A program made the position numbers and the translations under genes. Below, one piece after another: positions 27,740 to 39,339 of a stretch of 64,000 bases of DNA (position 1 is the stretch's first letter; every line of letters begins with the position of its first letter). The stretch covers positions 27,022 to 91,021 of the forward strand of contig JBJXGI010000053.1 in the NCBI GenBank assembly GCA_046153645.1, given 5' to 3'. The notes under the pieces were generated by a model that was not told the origin of the DNA, did not search any database, and saw only the letters and a list, made by a program, of their open reading frames with translations. Source of the DNA: Elusimicrobiota bacterium. GTDB taxonomy: Bacteria; Elusimicrobiota; Elusimicrobia; F11.

Positions 27740-29560
27740 TTAAATTGCAGCAGGAGCAACGGGCTCAGGAGGAAAACCAATAAGTTCATTGATTTCATCC
27801 CCATTAAGAACTTCTTTCTCTATCAAAGCTAACGATAATTTTTCTAATTTGTCTCGATTACTTTCGAGTAAATTTTTCACTTTTTCATAAGCAGTTGTTA
27901 GAATTCTCTTCACTTCCATGTCAATTTGCTGAGAAGTATTTTCAGAGAAACCGCGATCATTTCCAATATCTCTGCCTAAAAACACCTCCGCTTCAGGTTT
28001 TTTATAAGTGATGGGCCCAATCGAATCAGACATTCCAAACTCACAAACCATTTTAGACGCAAGACTGGTGGCTTTTTGCAAATCGTCTTGAGCCCCGGTT
28101 GTGATTTCTGAGAAAGTAATTTGTTCTGCTACTCTTCCCCCCATTAGAACAAGAATTCGATTATACAGCTCTGTTTTTGAGGTAAGATATTTATCTTGAG
28201 TAGGAAGCTGCATTGTATATCCCAACGCCATCCCACGAGAAATAATAGAAACTTTATGAACAGGATCCGTACCAGGGAGCAACTTAGCAACCAAAGTGTG
28301 ACCACTTTCATGAAAGGCCACAATTTTTCTTTCGTTTTCTGACAAGAGTCTTGATTTTCTTTCAGGGCCAGCCATAACACGGTCAATGGCGGATTCTAAA
28401 TCTTTCATTTCCACCTGATTGCGATCATAACGAGCGGCCAAAAGAGCGGACTCATTAATCACATTGGCTAAATCAGCACCAACAAAACCAGGTGTTCGTC
28501 GAGCAATCACACTCCAATCGACAACAGGAGAAATTTTCACATTTCGAGCATGAACTTTTAAGATATCTTCACGCCCTTTAAGGTCTGGTGGTGGCACCAT
28601 AACATGACGATCAAATCTCCCAGGGCGAAGTAAAGCAGGATCTAAAACATCAGGACGATTGGTGGCTGCAATTAAAATAACCCCTTCACGACTCTCAAAC
28701 CCATCCATTTCAACCAAAATCTGATTTAGAGTTTGCTCTCTTTCATCATGTCCCCCACCAATACCCGCAAATCGGTGCCGACCAACAGCATCTAACTCAT
28801 CAACAAACAATAAGCAGGGAGCATTTTTCTTTCCTTGATCAAATAAATCCCTCACACGAGAAGCGCCCACCCCAACAAACATTTCCACAAATTCTGAACC
28901 GCTAGCAGAGAAAAAAGGCACATTGGCTTCTCCAGCCACAGCCTTGGCCAACATGGTTTTCCCTGTTCCGGGCGAACCATACAAAAGAACCCCTTTTGGC
29001 ACCTTTCCACCTAATTTTTGATATTTGGCAGGATCTTTCAAGAAATCGATAATTTCTTTTAGTTCTTCTTTGGCTTCATCAACGCCCGCCACATCTTTAA
29101 ATAAAACTTTATTTCGTTTATTGGTTTGGTTTTTCGCTTTGGTCCGACCGAAAGCCATCGCCTGGCGACCTCCGTTTTGCATTTGTCGAACCACAATAAA
29201 CCACCACAAAAAGAAGAATACAACGATCCACAATAAATTAGACACAATGGCAGTAACCCAACTCTTATCTTGCATACCCGAATAACTTTTAACACCATAC
29301 TCTTCTAGCTGATCAACAAGTTTGTTATCAAGTAATGGCAGTGTTTCGAATTTCTTATCCCCTGAATCAGATTTGAAAGTTCCTTCAATAACTTTGTCGG
29401 TGACTTGGACGTCGAGAATTTTTTTATCTCGTAGAAGCTGCTTGAATTCAGAATAGGGCAGTTTTTCTTTAGGTGTGGTTTTAGAAGATTGCACGACGAA
29501 AAGCACCGCTAAAATAACAATGCCCCAGAGAATAATCGCACGAAAATCAAATTTCTTCAT
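27740..29560 (-). CDS. ftsH: ATP-dependent zinc metalloprotease FtsH
   Basis: Two TMs, [27 protein letters not shown]. Confidence 0.98.
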   Translation of the reverse strand: MKKFDFRAIILWGIVILAVLFVVQSSKTTPKEKLPYSEFKQLLRDKKILDVQVTDKVIEGTFKSDSGDKKFETLPLLDNKLVDQLEEYGVKSYSGMQDKSWVTAIVSNLLWIVVFFFLWWFIVVRQMQNGGRQAMAFGRTKAKNQTNKRNKVLFKDVAGVDEAKEELKEIIDFLKDPAKYQKLGGKVPKGVLLYGSPGTGKTMLAKAVAGEANVPFFSASGSEFVEMFVGVGASRVRDLFDQGKKNAPCLLFVDELDAVGRHRFAGIGGGHDEREQTLNQILVEMDGFESREGVILIAATNRPDVLDPALLRPGRFDRHVMVPPPDLKGREDILKVHARNVKISPVVDWSVIARRTPGFVGADLANVINESALLAARYDRNQVEMKDLESAIDRVMAGPERKSRLLSENERKIVAFHESGHTLVAKLLPGTDPVHKVSIISRGMALGYTMQLPTQDKYLTSKTELYNRILVLMGGRVAEQITFSEITTGAQDDLQKATSLASKMVCEFGMSDSIGPITYKKPEAEVFLGRDIGNDRGFSENTSQQIDMEVKRILTTAYEKVKNLLESNRDKLEKLSLALIEKEVLNGDEINELIGFPPEPVAPAAI

Positions 29561-29565
29561 TTTAT

Positions 29566-30603
29566 TTAGTTCTTATCCTTTGTTTGTTTAGTTTGTTGAC
29601 TTCGATGGATTTGACCAATCCAAAATATAGAAGCGGAAGAAAATCCTTGAGATTTTGACAGCCTCTCCACTATCCAACCTTTTCTCAGTGTCCATCTTCG
29701 AGCATTTGAAGGGGGTCGAGCCATCCATTGACGCAGGTTTTCAAGCGCATCAAAAGTCAGAATATTCTCACCAATTAAAGCTCTTAAGAAGCGCCGTTGC
29801 TCAGCGGCAGAATAGCTTAATAGCCCCTTGAAATCAAGCAACCAACCCGATTTAACTTCTTTGAGCAAAATCTTGCTCATCTCATACACTTTGTCTGCCC
29901 AGTACAACTCTTCATCTCGTAAAAGGTTCGATAAATTATTTATTCGCGAAGAAAAACCGGGATTGCGATTTTCGAATTCCGGAATAACCGATTGACGGAG
30001 CCAATTTCTTAAAAAAGCTTCATTTTTATTGGATTTATCCAATCGAAATGAATAATGGTTCTTTTTAGAAAACTCCAAAATCTCTTTTTTTGAAACGTTT
30101 AAAAACGGACGAAACAGCAGCTTATCAGTGTGTCCTATCTTTCTTAGGGGTGGAATACCGCTTAAACCGTGTGGACCGCAGCCTCTAATAAGATTCATAA
30201 GAACCGTTTCGGCCTGATCGTTGAGCGTATGCGCGGTCATAATACCCATACAACCAAAACGAGTGGCCATTTTCTCAAGACACAGATAGCGTTTAAGCCT
30301 GGCTTTTTCTTCGATACCTGTCTTGGTTCCTTTCAGAGGTGCCTGTGCAACAACAACTTTAAAGCCCAACTTTTTTGCCAACGCACGAACCGATTTTTCA
30401 TCTAAATCAGAAGCTGAACCTCGCAAATGATGGTTCACATGCCCCAATATAAAGGTATAGGGAAATTTATCGTTTATCTTTTTTAAAGCAGCCGCCAGGA
30501 CAACAGAATCAACCCCTCCTGAGCAAGCCAAAAGAATTTTGTCACTGGGCTTAAAAAGAGAGTGGTTGTCTTGAAAAAAATCAAGGAGTGTATCAGTAAT
30601 CAA
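29566..30603 (-). CDS. tilS: tRNA(Ile)-lysidine synthetase
   Basis: [27 protein letters not shown]...RN.LR; upstream of ftsH. Confidence 0.93.
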   Translation of the reverse strand: MITDTLLDFFQDNHSLFKPSDKILLACSGGVDSVVLAAALKKINDKFPYTFILGHVNHHLRGSASDLDEKSVRALAKKLGFKVVVAQAPLKGTKTGIEEKARLKRYLCLEKMATRFGCMGIMTAHTLNDQAETVLMNLIRGCGPHGLSGIPPLRKIGHTDKLLFRPFLNVSKKEILEFSKKNHYSFRLDKSNKNEAFLRNWLRQSVIPEFENRNPGFSSRINNLSNLLRDEELYWADKVYEMSKILLKEVKSGWLLDFKGLLSYSAAEQRRFLRALIGENILTFDALENLRQWMARPPSNARRWTLRKGWIVERLSKSQGFSSASIFWIGQIHRSQQTKQTKDKN

Positions 30604-30616
30604 AAAGCGCTCACTT

Positions 30617-31375
30617 TTAAGGTTTTAGAGTGGCTTGGAATTGCCCCATACTTCGCTGAGCAAGATAGGTGAACAAAACAAGCGCTCGGGTAGATTCAAT
30701 ATCTTGAAACAAACCCGAACGAGAATTTTTCATTTGAGGTAAAGATGGGTCAGAATCGTCATTTACCGGGGCATCGGGAAAAAGTAAATAAGGATCACTT
30801 GAATTGGCATGCGCTTGACTCACAATGGTTACCGTGCGATCCTCTTTCTCACGGATTAGTTGAGCCACATTTTCTAAGATAGGAAGCGACTCATCCCGAA
30901 AAGTTTGAAGACCTGGCAAGAATAATTGGTCGTGAAACAAAACCACCTTTAACCCACTTTTATCATCTTGAATTTGGACAATATTACTCGTACTGGTGGA
31001 CCGATTACGCATTCTTTCAACGAGGGATTTACGAGCGGCAATAATATCATTGGCATCGGTTTTAAATTCATCACGATTCTTTTTTGATTTAAGAAGAGAG
31101 TCCCAAGTTGGATCTTTTGGCTTATCTCCTTCACCGCCTTGCATTTCCCACTCCGAAATTCTTTTTTCAGTGCTAACAACATATTCCTTGGCCACCGCAT
31201 TTTCCGGACTGATCCGCTCAACTTGTTTAAAAAGATCAAGTGCCCGAACATATTGTTTATCTCCGTAAAGCCGTAGAGCTTCTTGAAGCAAAACTTTGAC
31301 TCGGGGGTCTTCTTGCGTATAAGAAAATGTAACAAATGATAAAACAACTGCTAATAAAAAAATTATTCTCGTCAT
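30617..31375 (-). CDS. Secreted TPR protein with degenerate OmpA/MotB-like C-terminal domain
   Basis: Signal peptide, one TPR, then GLKVVL..LFLPG...L..VA.LI segment resembling the MotB/OmpA C-domain. Confidence 0.5.
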   Translation of the reverse strand: MTRIIFLLAVVLSFVTFSYTQEDPRVKVLLQEALRLYGDKQYVRALDLFKQVERISPENAVAKEYVVSTEKRISEWEMQGGEGDKPKDPTWDSLLKSKKNRDEFKTDANDIIAARKSLVERMRNRSTSTSNIVQIQDDKSGLKVVLFHDQLFLPGLQTFRDESLPILENVAQLIREKEDRTVTIVSQAHANSSDPYLLFPDAPVNDDSDPSLPQMKNSRSGLFQDIESTRALVLFTYLAQRSMGQFQATLKP

Positions 31376-32286
31376 TTTGTAATCTCCAAAACAATCTGAG
31401 TCACATCACCTCTATCGGCGGGCATTGAAACACGAACATTAAAGGAATCTTCAGATTTCAAAAGATGGGTTTCTAATATTTTTTTCCATAAGCGGGCCCG
31501 TCTTTGTGCTAAATCTAATTCTTTATCATAAATAGTAATTGCAAAAGGAGCACCTTCATACTTTCTTAATTCGTTCATAAGCTGGTCAACCAAAACTTGC
31601 AGCGCAGGGTTCATAACGGCCTGCCCTTCATTATAAATCCGCTTATTACTAAACTCAAAAATCACGTTGCTTCCTTTTACATATCGAAGAGCCGGCATCC
31701 AGATAGGTTCTCCAACCAAAGTGCGAGTTGTATCGGCAGCTTCCTTAATAATAAGCATCGATGAATAAATCTCATCGGTTCTCAGCATAAATTCACCACG
31801 ATTCATTCCATCCCATTGAACAGGGTCTGTGGGAATCGTATTGCCTTCAATTTTTTTCAATAAATTATTGTTTTGGTCAACAACAATGAAAGCCCATTCT
31901 TCGTTTTCTCCACGAGGAGGAGCCGCATTAGGGCTACGGTCAACAATGATCGGCTGAGAAGGGGGCGGATACGCCTGAACAAAGAAAGGAGGTTTTGGAA
32001 AATCAACCATCGACGCTTGAAAAGTTTTAGGACTACGAACGTCCATCAAAGCCACTTGACTCTCTTCATCTAAATAATTTATTTCTTCAGATAAAATAAA
32101 ATCGGTTTGCCCTAAACGAGAAAAAGGAATGACATCTTTTAATAGAACATCCGTAGTGGGGCTCACTCGTTCAATATTCACTTTGTCTCTTACTTCCCCT
32201 TTTACCGTCATATCTAAAGATTGAGAAAAGGCCCATCCCGACTGAAAAACCATCAAACCTATGCTTAAAATTTTTCTTTTATTCAT
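31372..32286 (-). CDS. Secreted hypothetical protein (FlgD-like WDG motif and OmpA-like C-domain)
   Basis: Signal peptide; W.FIVVD...KKIEG...VQWDG; LAQRRA. Confidence 0.45.
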   Translation of the reverse strand: MNKRKILSIGLMVFQSGWAFSQSLDMTVKGEVRDKVNIERVSPTTDVLLKDVIPFSRLGQTDFILSEEINYLDEESQVALMDVRSPKTFQASMVDFPKPPFFVQAYPPPSQPIIVDRSPNAAPPRGENEEWAFIVVDQNNNLLKKIEGNTIPTDPVQWDGMNRGEFMLRTDEIYSSMLIIKEAADTTRTLVGEPIWMPALRYVKGSNVIFEFSNKRIYNEGQAVMNPALQVLVDQLMNELRKYEGAPFAITIYDKELDLAQRRARLWKKILETHLLKSEDSFNVRVSMPADRGDVTQIVLEITK

Positions 32287-32295
32287 ACTGTTCCT

Positions 32296-33588
32296 TTAAT
32301 GTAACGAAAAATTAAATGTTATTTGCCCAACTTCTTCACGATTTTCAGCATCTTGTAACGCGATAAACTTCCATAACCGTAATGCTTTCATGGCCTCGTC
32401 ATCTAATTTCGGATATCCCGAAGTTCGGCGAACCCGCATTATGCTTTTCACAAAACCACTGGCATCAACAGTAAATTCAATAACAACAGCAGATTCAATG
32501 CCTTGCGCCTGGGCCCACTCTGGATATTCCGGGACCACCTGTTTTTCAATTTTTCGATCTTTTAATGGTCCTGTAATAACAAAAGCCGATTGTTGTTTTT
32601 TTCGAGGTGAAACTTCTGCGATTTTAGGAGCTACTGCAGAAGCAACAGAACCACCCAATTTAGACCCCGTGCCACCTTGAACACCACCTATCACTCCGCC
32701 TTGAAATTTCCCTGCATCAACCTTGGTCCCAGTTCCGCCGGAAACTCCTCCTGGGACACCCATTCGTGAACCCCCAGTATTAATTTGACTCGGCGCTGCA
32801 TCACGGGCAATAATTTGATCTCTCAAGCCTAATTTTGGTCCCTCTCCCATCGCTGGAGCAGCAACATTCCCAATACGCCCTTTGTCGGATTTTTGTGTGA
32901 TAGGAGCGGAAAAATTTTCAACTGAGCCTTTAGACGCTGTTTTAATAGCAATTGTGGGGACATTCCCGGCCCCTATAAGTCCTGGACCCTCCCCACCAAT
33001 CGATTTCAAACTATCTTTGGTCGAAACAGCGAAGTTTCCTTTACTTTTTAACACAGAATCTCGATTATCATCCACCCCAAATTTTTTTGCTGACAACGGC
33101 GCAATCCCCACAGGAGCAGAATTGAGCGCGATTTTTTTATCTTCAATCATCTTCGGCGCCGCATCGGTTATAAATCCGGCTTTTGATTGTATTTTAGGCG
33201 CTAAGGTTTCTGCCAAATTTTGCTTTGGTTGCAACTGAATTGCTTTTGGCGCATCAATTAATTCTTTAGGTGGTTCCACTGCTTTCGGTGGAGGAGGTGG
33301 CGGTGGAGGCTCTTTTTTTACCATCGCTTTAATCCGTTCCATGACAGATTGTTTTTCAACAACTGGTGGCGGAGGTGGGACCACTGGCTTAGGCGCTTCA
33401 GGATCAATAATGTCAACAGAAACCAAGCGCTCTTTTTTTTCACTTACTTCAGATTTTTTCTGCGTGTTAAACTTCATGAAAAATAAAGGAAAATGAATCA
33501 AAAGTGACATAACAAGACACAAAATATCAAACCGAAATGATGGTTCATGTGAATTCCAACTTGATTGAGCCATCACCAAAGAAGACAT
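32296..33588 (-). CDS. TonB-like energy transducer
   Basis: TM with S.LIH, Pro-rich and Gly-rich linker, C-terminal PEYP..A..GIE..V..F.VD..G..SGY..LD..A..W.F. Confidence 0.85.
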   Translation of the reverse strand: MSSLVMAQSSWNSHEPSFRFDILCLVMSLLIHFPLFFMKFNTQKKSEVSEKKERLVSVDIIDPEAPKPVVPPPPPVVEKQSVMERIKAMVKKEPPPPPPPPKAVEPPKELIDAPKAIQLQPKQNLAETLAPKIQSKAGFITDAAPKMIEDKKIALNSAPVGIAPLSAKKFGVDDNRDSVLKSKGNFAVSTKDSLKSIGGEGPGLIGAGNVPTIAIKTASKGSVENFSAPITQKSDKGRIGNVAAPAMGEGPKLGLRDQIIARDAAPSQINTGGSRMGVPGGVSGGTGTKVDAGKFQGGVIGGVQGGTGSKLGGSVASAVAPKIAEVSPRKKQQSAFVITGPLKDRKIEKQVVPEYPEWAQAQGIESAVVIEFTVDASGFVKSIMRVRRTSGYPKLDDEAMKALRLWKFIALQDAENREEVGQITFNFSLH

Positions 33589-34008
33589 TTAATTCTCCAC
33601 CTTCTTTTGCTCTGTTCCAATAGAAATACTTTGGGCACCTGCTTTTTTACATAGAGAAATAAGCTCCGTTAAATGAGCGTAAGCGGCATCTTTATCGACC
33701 CTTAAAATAACTAAAATTTCAGGATCTTTTTTCAACTCTTTTTGTAACTGCGGAATAAAATCATCAATTTGATCAATAATATTAGAGTTAATCGCAAGCC
33801 GGCCATCAGGGGCGTAAGTAACACTGATATTGGCATCTTTACTTTCTATCGTCGAAGCGCGCGGCAACTTTACGGGTAAATCAGCCACATCTAACATAGG
33901 AGAAGTCACCATTAAAATAATCAAAAGAACCAAACACAAGTCAATCACAGGAACAATATTGACGCCTGAAATAGTTGGTTCTTCCTGTAAAATATCTTTT
34001 AAGTTCAT
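33589..34008 (-). CDS. exbD: ExbD/TolR family protein
   Basis: NIVPVIDLCLVLLIILMV; LP.A; RVDK.A.Y. Confidence 0.88.
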   Translation of the reverse strand: MNLKDILQEEPTISGVNIVPVIDLCLVLLIILMVTSPMLDVADLPVKLPRASTIESKDANISVTYAPDGRLAINSNIIDQIDDFIPQLQKELKKDPEILVILRVDKDAAYAHLTELISLCKKAGAQSISIGTEQKKVEN

Positions 34009-34013
34009 GTTTT

Positions 34014-34448
34014 TTATCCTTCTTTTGATCCTTTCAACAAAGACACTTTTTGAGCGCCACTTTGTTTGGCAAGGTCTAATATTCGGACCACATCACCCAC
34101 CAAAATAGCATCTTCAGCTGAAACAATGACAGGACGCTCTGGTTCATCGGAAAGTTTAATGGCAATTTGTTCAGCAAGGAGTTGATCACTCTCAATAGAA
34201 TTACCATTAAGTGTTATTCCGGAAACAGAAATATTAATTAATAACGGATCAGGACTTTTCGCGTTTGATTCAAGTTTACTCTTTGAGACCTTTTCCAATT
34301 TAGGGGCCTGAACTTTAATCATTGATGACATGACCATCGGAGAAAGTACCATGAGAATAATTAACAACACCAAAGATAAATCAGCCAGTGGGACGACATT
34401 AATCTTATCTGTTTCTGACTCGTCTTCTTCTGGCATCATCCCAGACAT
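34014..34448 (-). CDS. exbD: ExbD/TolR family protein (second copy)
   Basis: INVVPLADLSLVLLIILMV; D.AKQSGA.KVSL. Confidence 0.88.
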   Translation of the reverse strand: MSGMMPEEDESETDKINVVPLADLSLVLLIILMVLSPMVMSSMIKVQAPKLEKVSKSKLESNAKSPDPLLINISVSGITLNGNSIESDQLLAEQIAIKLSDEPERPVIVSAEDAILVGDVVRILDLAKQSGAQKVSLLKGSKEG

Positions 34449-34451
34449 TTT

Positions 34452-35075
34452 TTATTTCTCCCGTGATGGTGATGTAATAAAAATCATTTCCTGACCAAAA
34501 ATATCAATACTGGAAAGGGCCCCTTTCATCCAGATATTAAACCAGTTGTAAATCACCGCAGCTAAAATGGCCACTGCAATTCCCGCTGCGGTGGCCACAA
34601 GTGCTTCAGAAATACCAGCGGCCACAATGGTGGGGCCACCAGAACCTGACATAGCTAAATCTTTAAATGATCGAATAACTCCCATAACCGTTCCCCACAA
34701 TCCCACAAGAGGACAAATAAAACTCAGTGTTCCAAAAATCCATAAACGTTTTTGTAAAAGTGCCTGAATTTTTTGATGGTAAAACAAAACCAAACTTTCT
34801 CTTTCATTGCGTGGCATTGAAATGGCTTCAATTTGAGAAACCAACGCTTCAGCAATAATTCCTTTTCCCTTGGAAGCCTCTTTTTTTGCTTCCGCATAAT
34901 TCCCTGCTCGAAGAAAAGTGCGAATGCGGTCTACCATCCCGCCGTTGACTCTTCCATTGCCCATGAAAAAAACCCATCTCTCAATTGTAATAGCACAGCA
35001 AATGATGGATAAAACCAACATAATTGGGATGACCAAACTAATCTTAATAAGCTCTATAATAGACATGTCATGCAT
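34452..35075 (-). CDS. exbB: MotA/TolQ/ExbB proton channel
   Basis: PLVGLWGTVMG, GISEALVATAAG. Confidence 0.9.
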   Translation of the reverse strand: MHDMSIIELIKISLVIPIMLVLSIICCAITIERWVFFMGNGRVNGGMVDRIRTFLRAGNYAEAKKEASKGKGIIAEALVSQIEAISMPRNERESLVLFYHQKIQALLQKRLWIFGTLSFICPLVGLWGTVMGVIRSFKDLAMSGSGGPTIVAAGISEALVATAAGIAVAILAAVIYNWFNIWMKGALSSIDIFGQEMIFITSPSREK

Positions 35076-35096
35076 GACATTTCCCTCCTCGTAAAA

Positions 35097-38000
35097 TTAT
35101 TGTTGTAACACTCGTTTTAACTCTTCCACACGCGATTTTGCATTTGACAACGCTGTTTCATCACTGGCATTGATAACCACATCTCCATATGTATCCAGCG
35201 CTTTTTGAGCTTGCCCTAGCCCAATATAAATCTCAGCTAAACGACTTATCCCTGCAATTCGATAAGGATCGTTTTTAGGGTCAACAGAAAGTAACTTTTC
35301 ATATGATTTTTGTTCCAAATCAACTTGGCCAGATTTACTGTAAATAGAAGCAACAGAATAAACAGCTTCCGCATATTGGGGATGATTTACAGGAACTTGT
35401 TCATAATATTTTATCGCTTCCGCCGCCAAGCCATTTTTCTCTTTCATTTGCCCAATCTGTAGATTAAGACTCGCTTTTTTAATCGGATCACTCGTATTCT
35501 GTGCTAGTTTTTCAAAAGCTTGCTCAGATTCCTCCATTCTTCCAATCTTAGCGTAGGCCAATGGAATGTTTTCAGCTGCCGTTGCCGCCTCAGGCGCATC
35601 AGGATACTTTTTCACTAAATCTTGAAATGTTAAAGCCGCCTCTTCGAATCGATTCAGGTTGAATAAGCTAACACCCAATCGAAACTGGGCTGTCGGCGCT
35701 GAATTATCATTGGGAAATTGAATGACGAAATTGCGGTAAGCACCCGTAGCCTCGTCATATTTTTGATCGAGATAAAAGCATTCTCCGCGGTAAAAAGCTG
35801 ATTGTGCCGCCAAACTTGACGCGGGGAAATCAATGAGGATTTTTTCGAAATAAATAAGTGCTGCTTTATAATCCTTATCATTATAGGCTTTGGCTCCTTT
35901 TTCCCAATACAAATCAGCCAACACCTGAGATTTAGCCTGCCCCATGGTTAGTTTTTCAATCTCTAACTCTGATTTTCCGGCTTGAACATAAGACATTTGA
36001 AGAAAATCTTGAACGCTGATGGCTTCCTCAGCATTCGGGTAAAGCGCTAAAAATTCCTGATACCGTGGAATGGCTGATTTATAATCGCCCGCATTGTAAT
36101 AAGAGTGCGCAAGCTGTAAACGCGCTCCTTTAATTTTGTCACTTGCGGGATATTTAACAATATAAGTCTGATAGGCCTTTACCGCAGCGGTGGTATTTCC
36201 TAAATCAAACAATGTTCTTGCCGTTTGAAATTGAGCTTTTTCTGATAATGAATTTTGAGGATAGACATCAACAAGCTTTTCCCAAACATTCACGGCATCG
36301 GTATAATATTCTAAACGAGAAAGCGCCTGACCTTCTTGGTACAACGCTTGAGGAATTTTGGGGTCTTTTGGATAATCTTTTTGGAAAGATCGGTAATAAC
36401 CGATGGCTTGCTCATATTTTTTTTGATTGTAATAAACATTGGCGGATTGTAATGTCGCCAAAGACATCCAATCCTCTCTGTTTTTTTGTTTTGCCAAAGA
36501 AGCGAATTGTTGAAGTGTTTGTAACCCCGCATCCATTTTATTGTTTTGAGCCTTGGCGACGGCCAAACCAAGATAAGCATAAGGTGTTAACGTATCATTG
36601 GGCGCTTTTGACAAAAATTGTTGGTAACGACTTTCTGCCAAATTAAAATTCCCCAATGATAAATGACCTTCTGTGATCCAAAACTCTACTTCAGGATATT
36701 TTTCCCTTAAATCTGATGGCAATTCCGCCCAATAGTGATTGACATGAGTTACTAATTCCTGCCAACGCTGCGCTTTTACATAAGACAATGCCATTAAATG
36801 AAGGGCCCGAGCAGCATAAGCTGACTTGGGAAATTGATCGACAACCGTTTGAAATGAAGCCAGCGCCTCAGCAGACTTGTTTAATTTATCGTAGCAGAAG
36901 CCTTGCACCAAAAGAATTTTCGGGGTTAGTTCAACATCTCTAAAATTCCCTAACCCTTCCTCCGCTTGAGCCAAGGCTTCTTGATGTTTGCCCAAAGCAG
37001 CCAGTGCCCACATAAGTTGATAATTTTCATCGGGAGAACGATCTCGAGCGCGACCTTTCTTTTTGATATTGTTTACTAAGTCTTGGACGCGGTCTAATTG
37101 AACCCAAGACTCAATAACTAAATGTTTGATTTTATCCATCATCGAAGGCCGAAGATCTAACTTTGTCATCGGCTCTAAACGATTGAGAACAGCTTGGTAT
37201 TGTTTCTTATGAATATCAGTACAAGCAATCCTAAATTGCGCTTCAGCCCCTAATGTCCCATTGGGATATTCGACTAAGCCTCGTTGAAAACTTTGCGCTG
37301 CCAGAGGAAAATCTTTTTGTTGATAATAAGTTTCAGCCACTTCAAAAGATCCGCGTTGAGCCCAAACCGTACCAGGAAATTTCTGAGTTAACCTTTGAAA
37401 ATTTAAAAGCGCCTTGGACATTTGACCTAATCGACGATAAGAAATTCCTGAAAAGTAAATATTTTTAGAATCTTCTTGATCCCGTTCAAAAAAACCAAGA
37501 GATCGCTGATACTGCTCATTTTGGAATAACATAATGCCAATGGGATAGAGAGCCCGGCCATATGTTTTGTAATAATCATTTTCAAGAAGCAGAATATCCA
37601 TATGAGCTTGGGCACTGGAACGGTTCCCTTGTGCTAAAGCCGCCATGGCCATGCCTAAAATGGCCTCATTTTTTAAGGACTGATGCCCTTCTTGTCGAAT
37701 TCGAGAAAACTGATCATAAGCTTCCCCATAAAGGCCCATATAGAAATAACTTTCAGCCAAACGGTATTGAAAACTAGAAAACTGATATTGATCGGCCATA
37801 GGAATATCTGTTAGTTGAAGGTAAATTTGAGCTGCTTCGCGGTAATTCTCAGTTTTAAATAGGATATCGGCCACTGTGGCTCTGGCCTTAATTGAAACCA
37901 CTCCATCGGGCGACTGTTGTTCCAGAAGAGGATTTAAAGAACGATAAAAAGTTTTTGGGTCTTGAGATCGGAAAGAAATTTCATCTTTGGTGGATTTTCT

Positions 38001-38120
38001 ATTTGGTTTAAAACGAGCTGCTTGAGTGCTTGCGCCAAAACCAAATAAAACAACAAAAAACAAAAATAAATAGGAATGTAATTTCATGGGTATATAACTT
38101 TTTTGATTGAATAATTTCAC
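35097..38120 (-). CDS. Large periplasmic TPR protein
   Basis: Signal peptide and many TPR_6-like repeats (..F...YP.S..A..A). Confidence 0.85.
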   Translation of the reverse strand: MKLFNQKSYIPMKLHSYLFLFFVVLFGFGASTQAARFKPNRKSTKDEISFRSQDPKTFYRSLNPLLEQQSPDGVVSIKARATVADILFKTENYREAAQIYLQLTDIPMADQYQFSSFQYRLAESYFYMGLYGEAYDQFSRIRQEGHQSLKNEAILGMAMAALAQGNRSSAQAHMDILLLENDYYKTYGRALYPIGIMLFQNEQYQRSLGFFERDQEDSKNIYFSGISYRRLGQMSKALLNFQRLTQKFPGTVWAQRGSFEVAETYYQQKDFPLAAQSFQRGLVEYPNGTLGAEAQFRIACTDIHKKQYQAVLNRLEPMTKLDLRPSMMDKIKHLVIESWVQLDRVQDLVNNIKKKGRARDRSPDENYQLMWALAALGKHQEALAQAEEGLGNFRDVELTPKILLVQGFCYDKLNKSAEALASFQTVVDQFPKSAYAARALHLMALSYVKAQRWQELVTHVNHYWAELPSDLREKYPEVEFWITEGHLSLGNFNLAESRYQQFLSKAPNDTLTPYAYLGLAVAKAQNNKMDAGLQTLQQFASLAKQKNREDWMSLATLQSANVYYNQKKYEQAIGYYRSFQKDYPKDPKIPQALYQEGQALSRLEYYTDAVNVWEKLVDVYPQNSLSEKAQFQTARTLFDLGNTTAAVKAYQTYIVKYPASDKIKGARLQLAHSYYNAGDYKSAIPRYQEFLALYPNAEEAISVQDFLQMSYVQAGKSELEIEKLTMGQAKSQVLADLYWEKGAKAYNDKDYKAALIYFEKILIDFPASSLAAQSAFYRGECFYLDQKYDEATGAYRNFVIQFPNDNSAPTAQFRLGVSLFNLNRFEEAALTFQDLVKKYPDAPEAATAAENIPLAYAKIGRMEESEQAFEKLAQNTSDPIKKASLNLQIGQMKEKNGLAAEAIKYYEQVPVNHPQYAEAVYSVASIYSKSGQVDLEQKSYEKLLSVDPKNDPYRIAGISRLAEIYIGLGQAQKALDTYGDVVINASDETALSNAKSRVEELKRVLQQ

Positions 38121-38359
38121 TTTTAATATATTTGGCGTGCCATTTTCACACGACTTACCTTCGCCCAGTATAACAGAAGGAAATTCAATTTTGCCAGATC
38201 AAATTAATTATTGGTATTGGTGAGAGGTCAAAAACAAATGACAAAAGCAAGACACCTCTAAATATGATAATTAATATGCCTTCTGAATTTGGTAGGGAGT
38301 TCAATTTAGCAGTTTTGCATTCAGAAGATCCAGAATAATTATTTTCAGAGGAGAAAAAA

Positions 38360-39304
38360 ATGTCAATTTTAGCCGTTGGGTCTATTGGGCTTGACACCAT
38401 TCAAACCCCTTTTGGGCAAGTGACTGACGCCTTAGGCGGATCTGCAACTTTTTTTTCTATAGCAGCAAGCTTTTTTTCCCCCGTTAATTTAGTGGCCATT
38501 GTAGGGTCTGATTTTCCTCAAGAGACATTAAACTATCTTGAATCACGAGGCATCTCAACAGAAGGAATTGAGAAAGCCAATGGAAAAACTTTTCGATGGA
38601 AAGGCCTTTATGAAAACGACATGAACGCGGCTAAAACATTATCGACCGATCTCAATGTTTTTCAAACCTTTCAACCAAAGATTCCTATACATCTCAAAAA
38701 AAGCCCTTTCGTATTTCTTGCCAATATCGATCCAGAACTTCAGCTTAATGTTTTAGAACAAATGGAAAAACCAAAACTCATTGGCTGCGACACCATGAAT
38801 TTATGGATCCAATCTAAACCAAAAGAGCTCAATGAACTCTTGAAAAAGGTGGACATCCTTTTATTAAATGATGGGGAAGCCCGCCAACTCACAGGAATCA
38901 CAAATCTGGTCAAAGCCAGTTATGATTTGATTAAACGAGGACCTAAAATCGTGGTTATCAAAAAAGGTGAACACGGAGCTATTTTGGCCACCAAAGATTT
39001 CTTTTTTGTTGCCCCTGCTTTTCCTGTTGAAGATGTTTTTGACCCCACGGGTGCCGGAGATTGTTTTGCCGGAGGGTTTTTCGCCTCGCTTATTACATCG
39101 GAGCACTTTTGGAATGAAAGCTCTCTTCGCAGCTCAGTTATCTTTGGAACTGTTTTGGCTTCCTATAATGTTGAGTCGTTTAGTTTTGACCGCCTTAAAA
39201 AATTATCCAAAGAAGAAATTTATCATCGTTACACAAAGTTCAAACAATTTACCCATTTTGAGCCAGCGGATATGTCAACCACATTCCCTCCGCTGAGCGT
39301 ATAA
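38360..39304 (+). CDS. PfkB family carbohydrate kinase
   Basis: [24 protein letters not shown]. Confidence 0.9.
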   Translation: MSILAVGSIGLDTIQTPFGQVTDALGGSATFFSIAASFFSPVNLVAIVGSDFPQETLNYLESRGISTEGIEKANGKTFRWKGLYENDMNAAKTLSTDLNVFQTFQPKIPIHLKKSPFVFLANIDPELQLNVLEQMEKPKLIGCDTMNLWIQSKPKELNELLKKVDILLLNDGEARQLTGITNLVKASYDLIKRGPKIVVIKKGEHGAILATKDFFFVAPAFPVEDVFDPTGAGDCFAGGFFASLITSEHFWNESSLRSSVIFGTVLASYNVESFSFDRLKKLSKEEIYHRYTKFKQFTHFEPADMSTTFPPLSV

Positions 39305-39339
39305 ACTTTAAAATTCAAATTAATAATCAGGAGATACCA

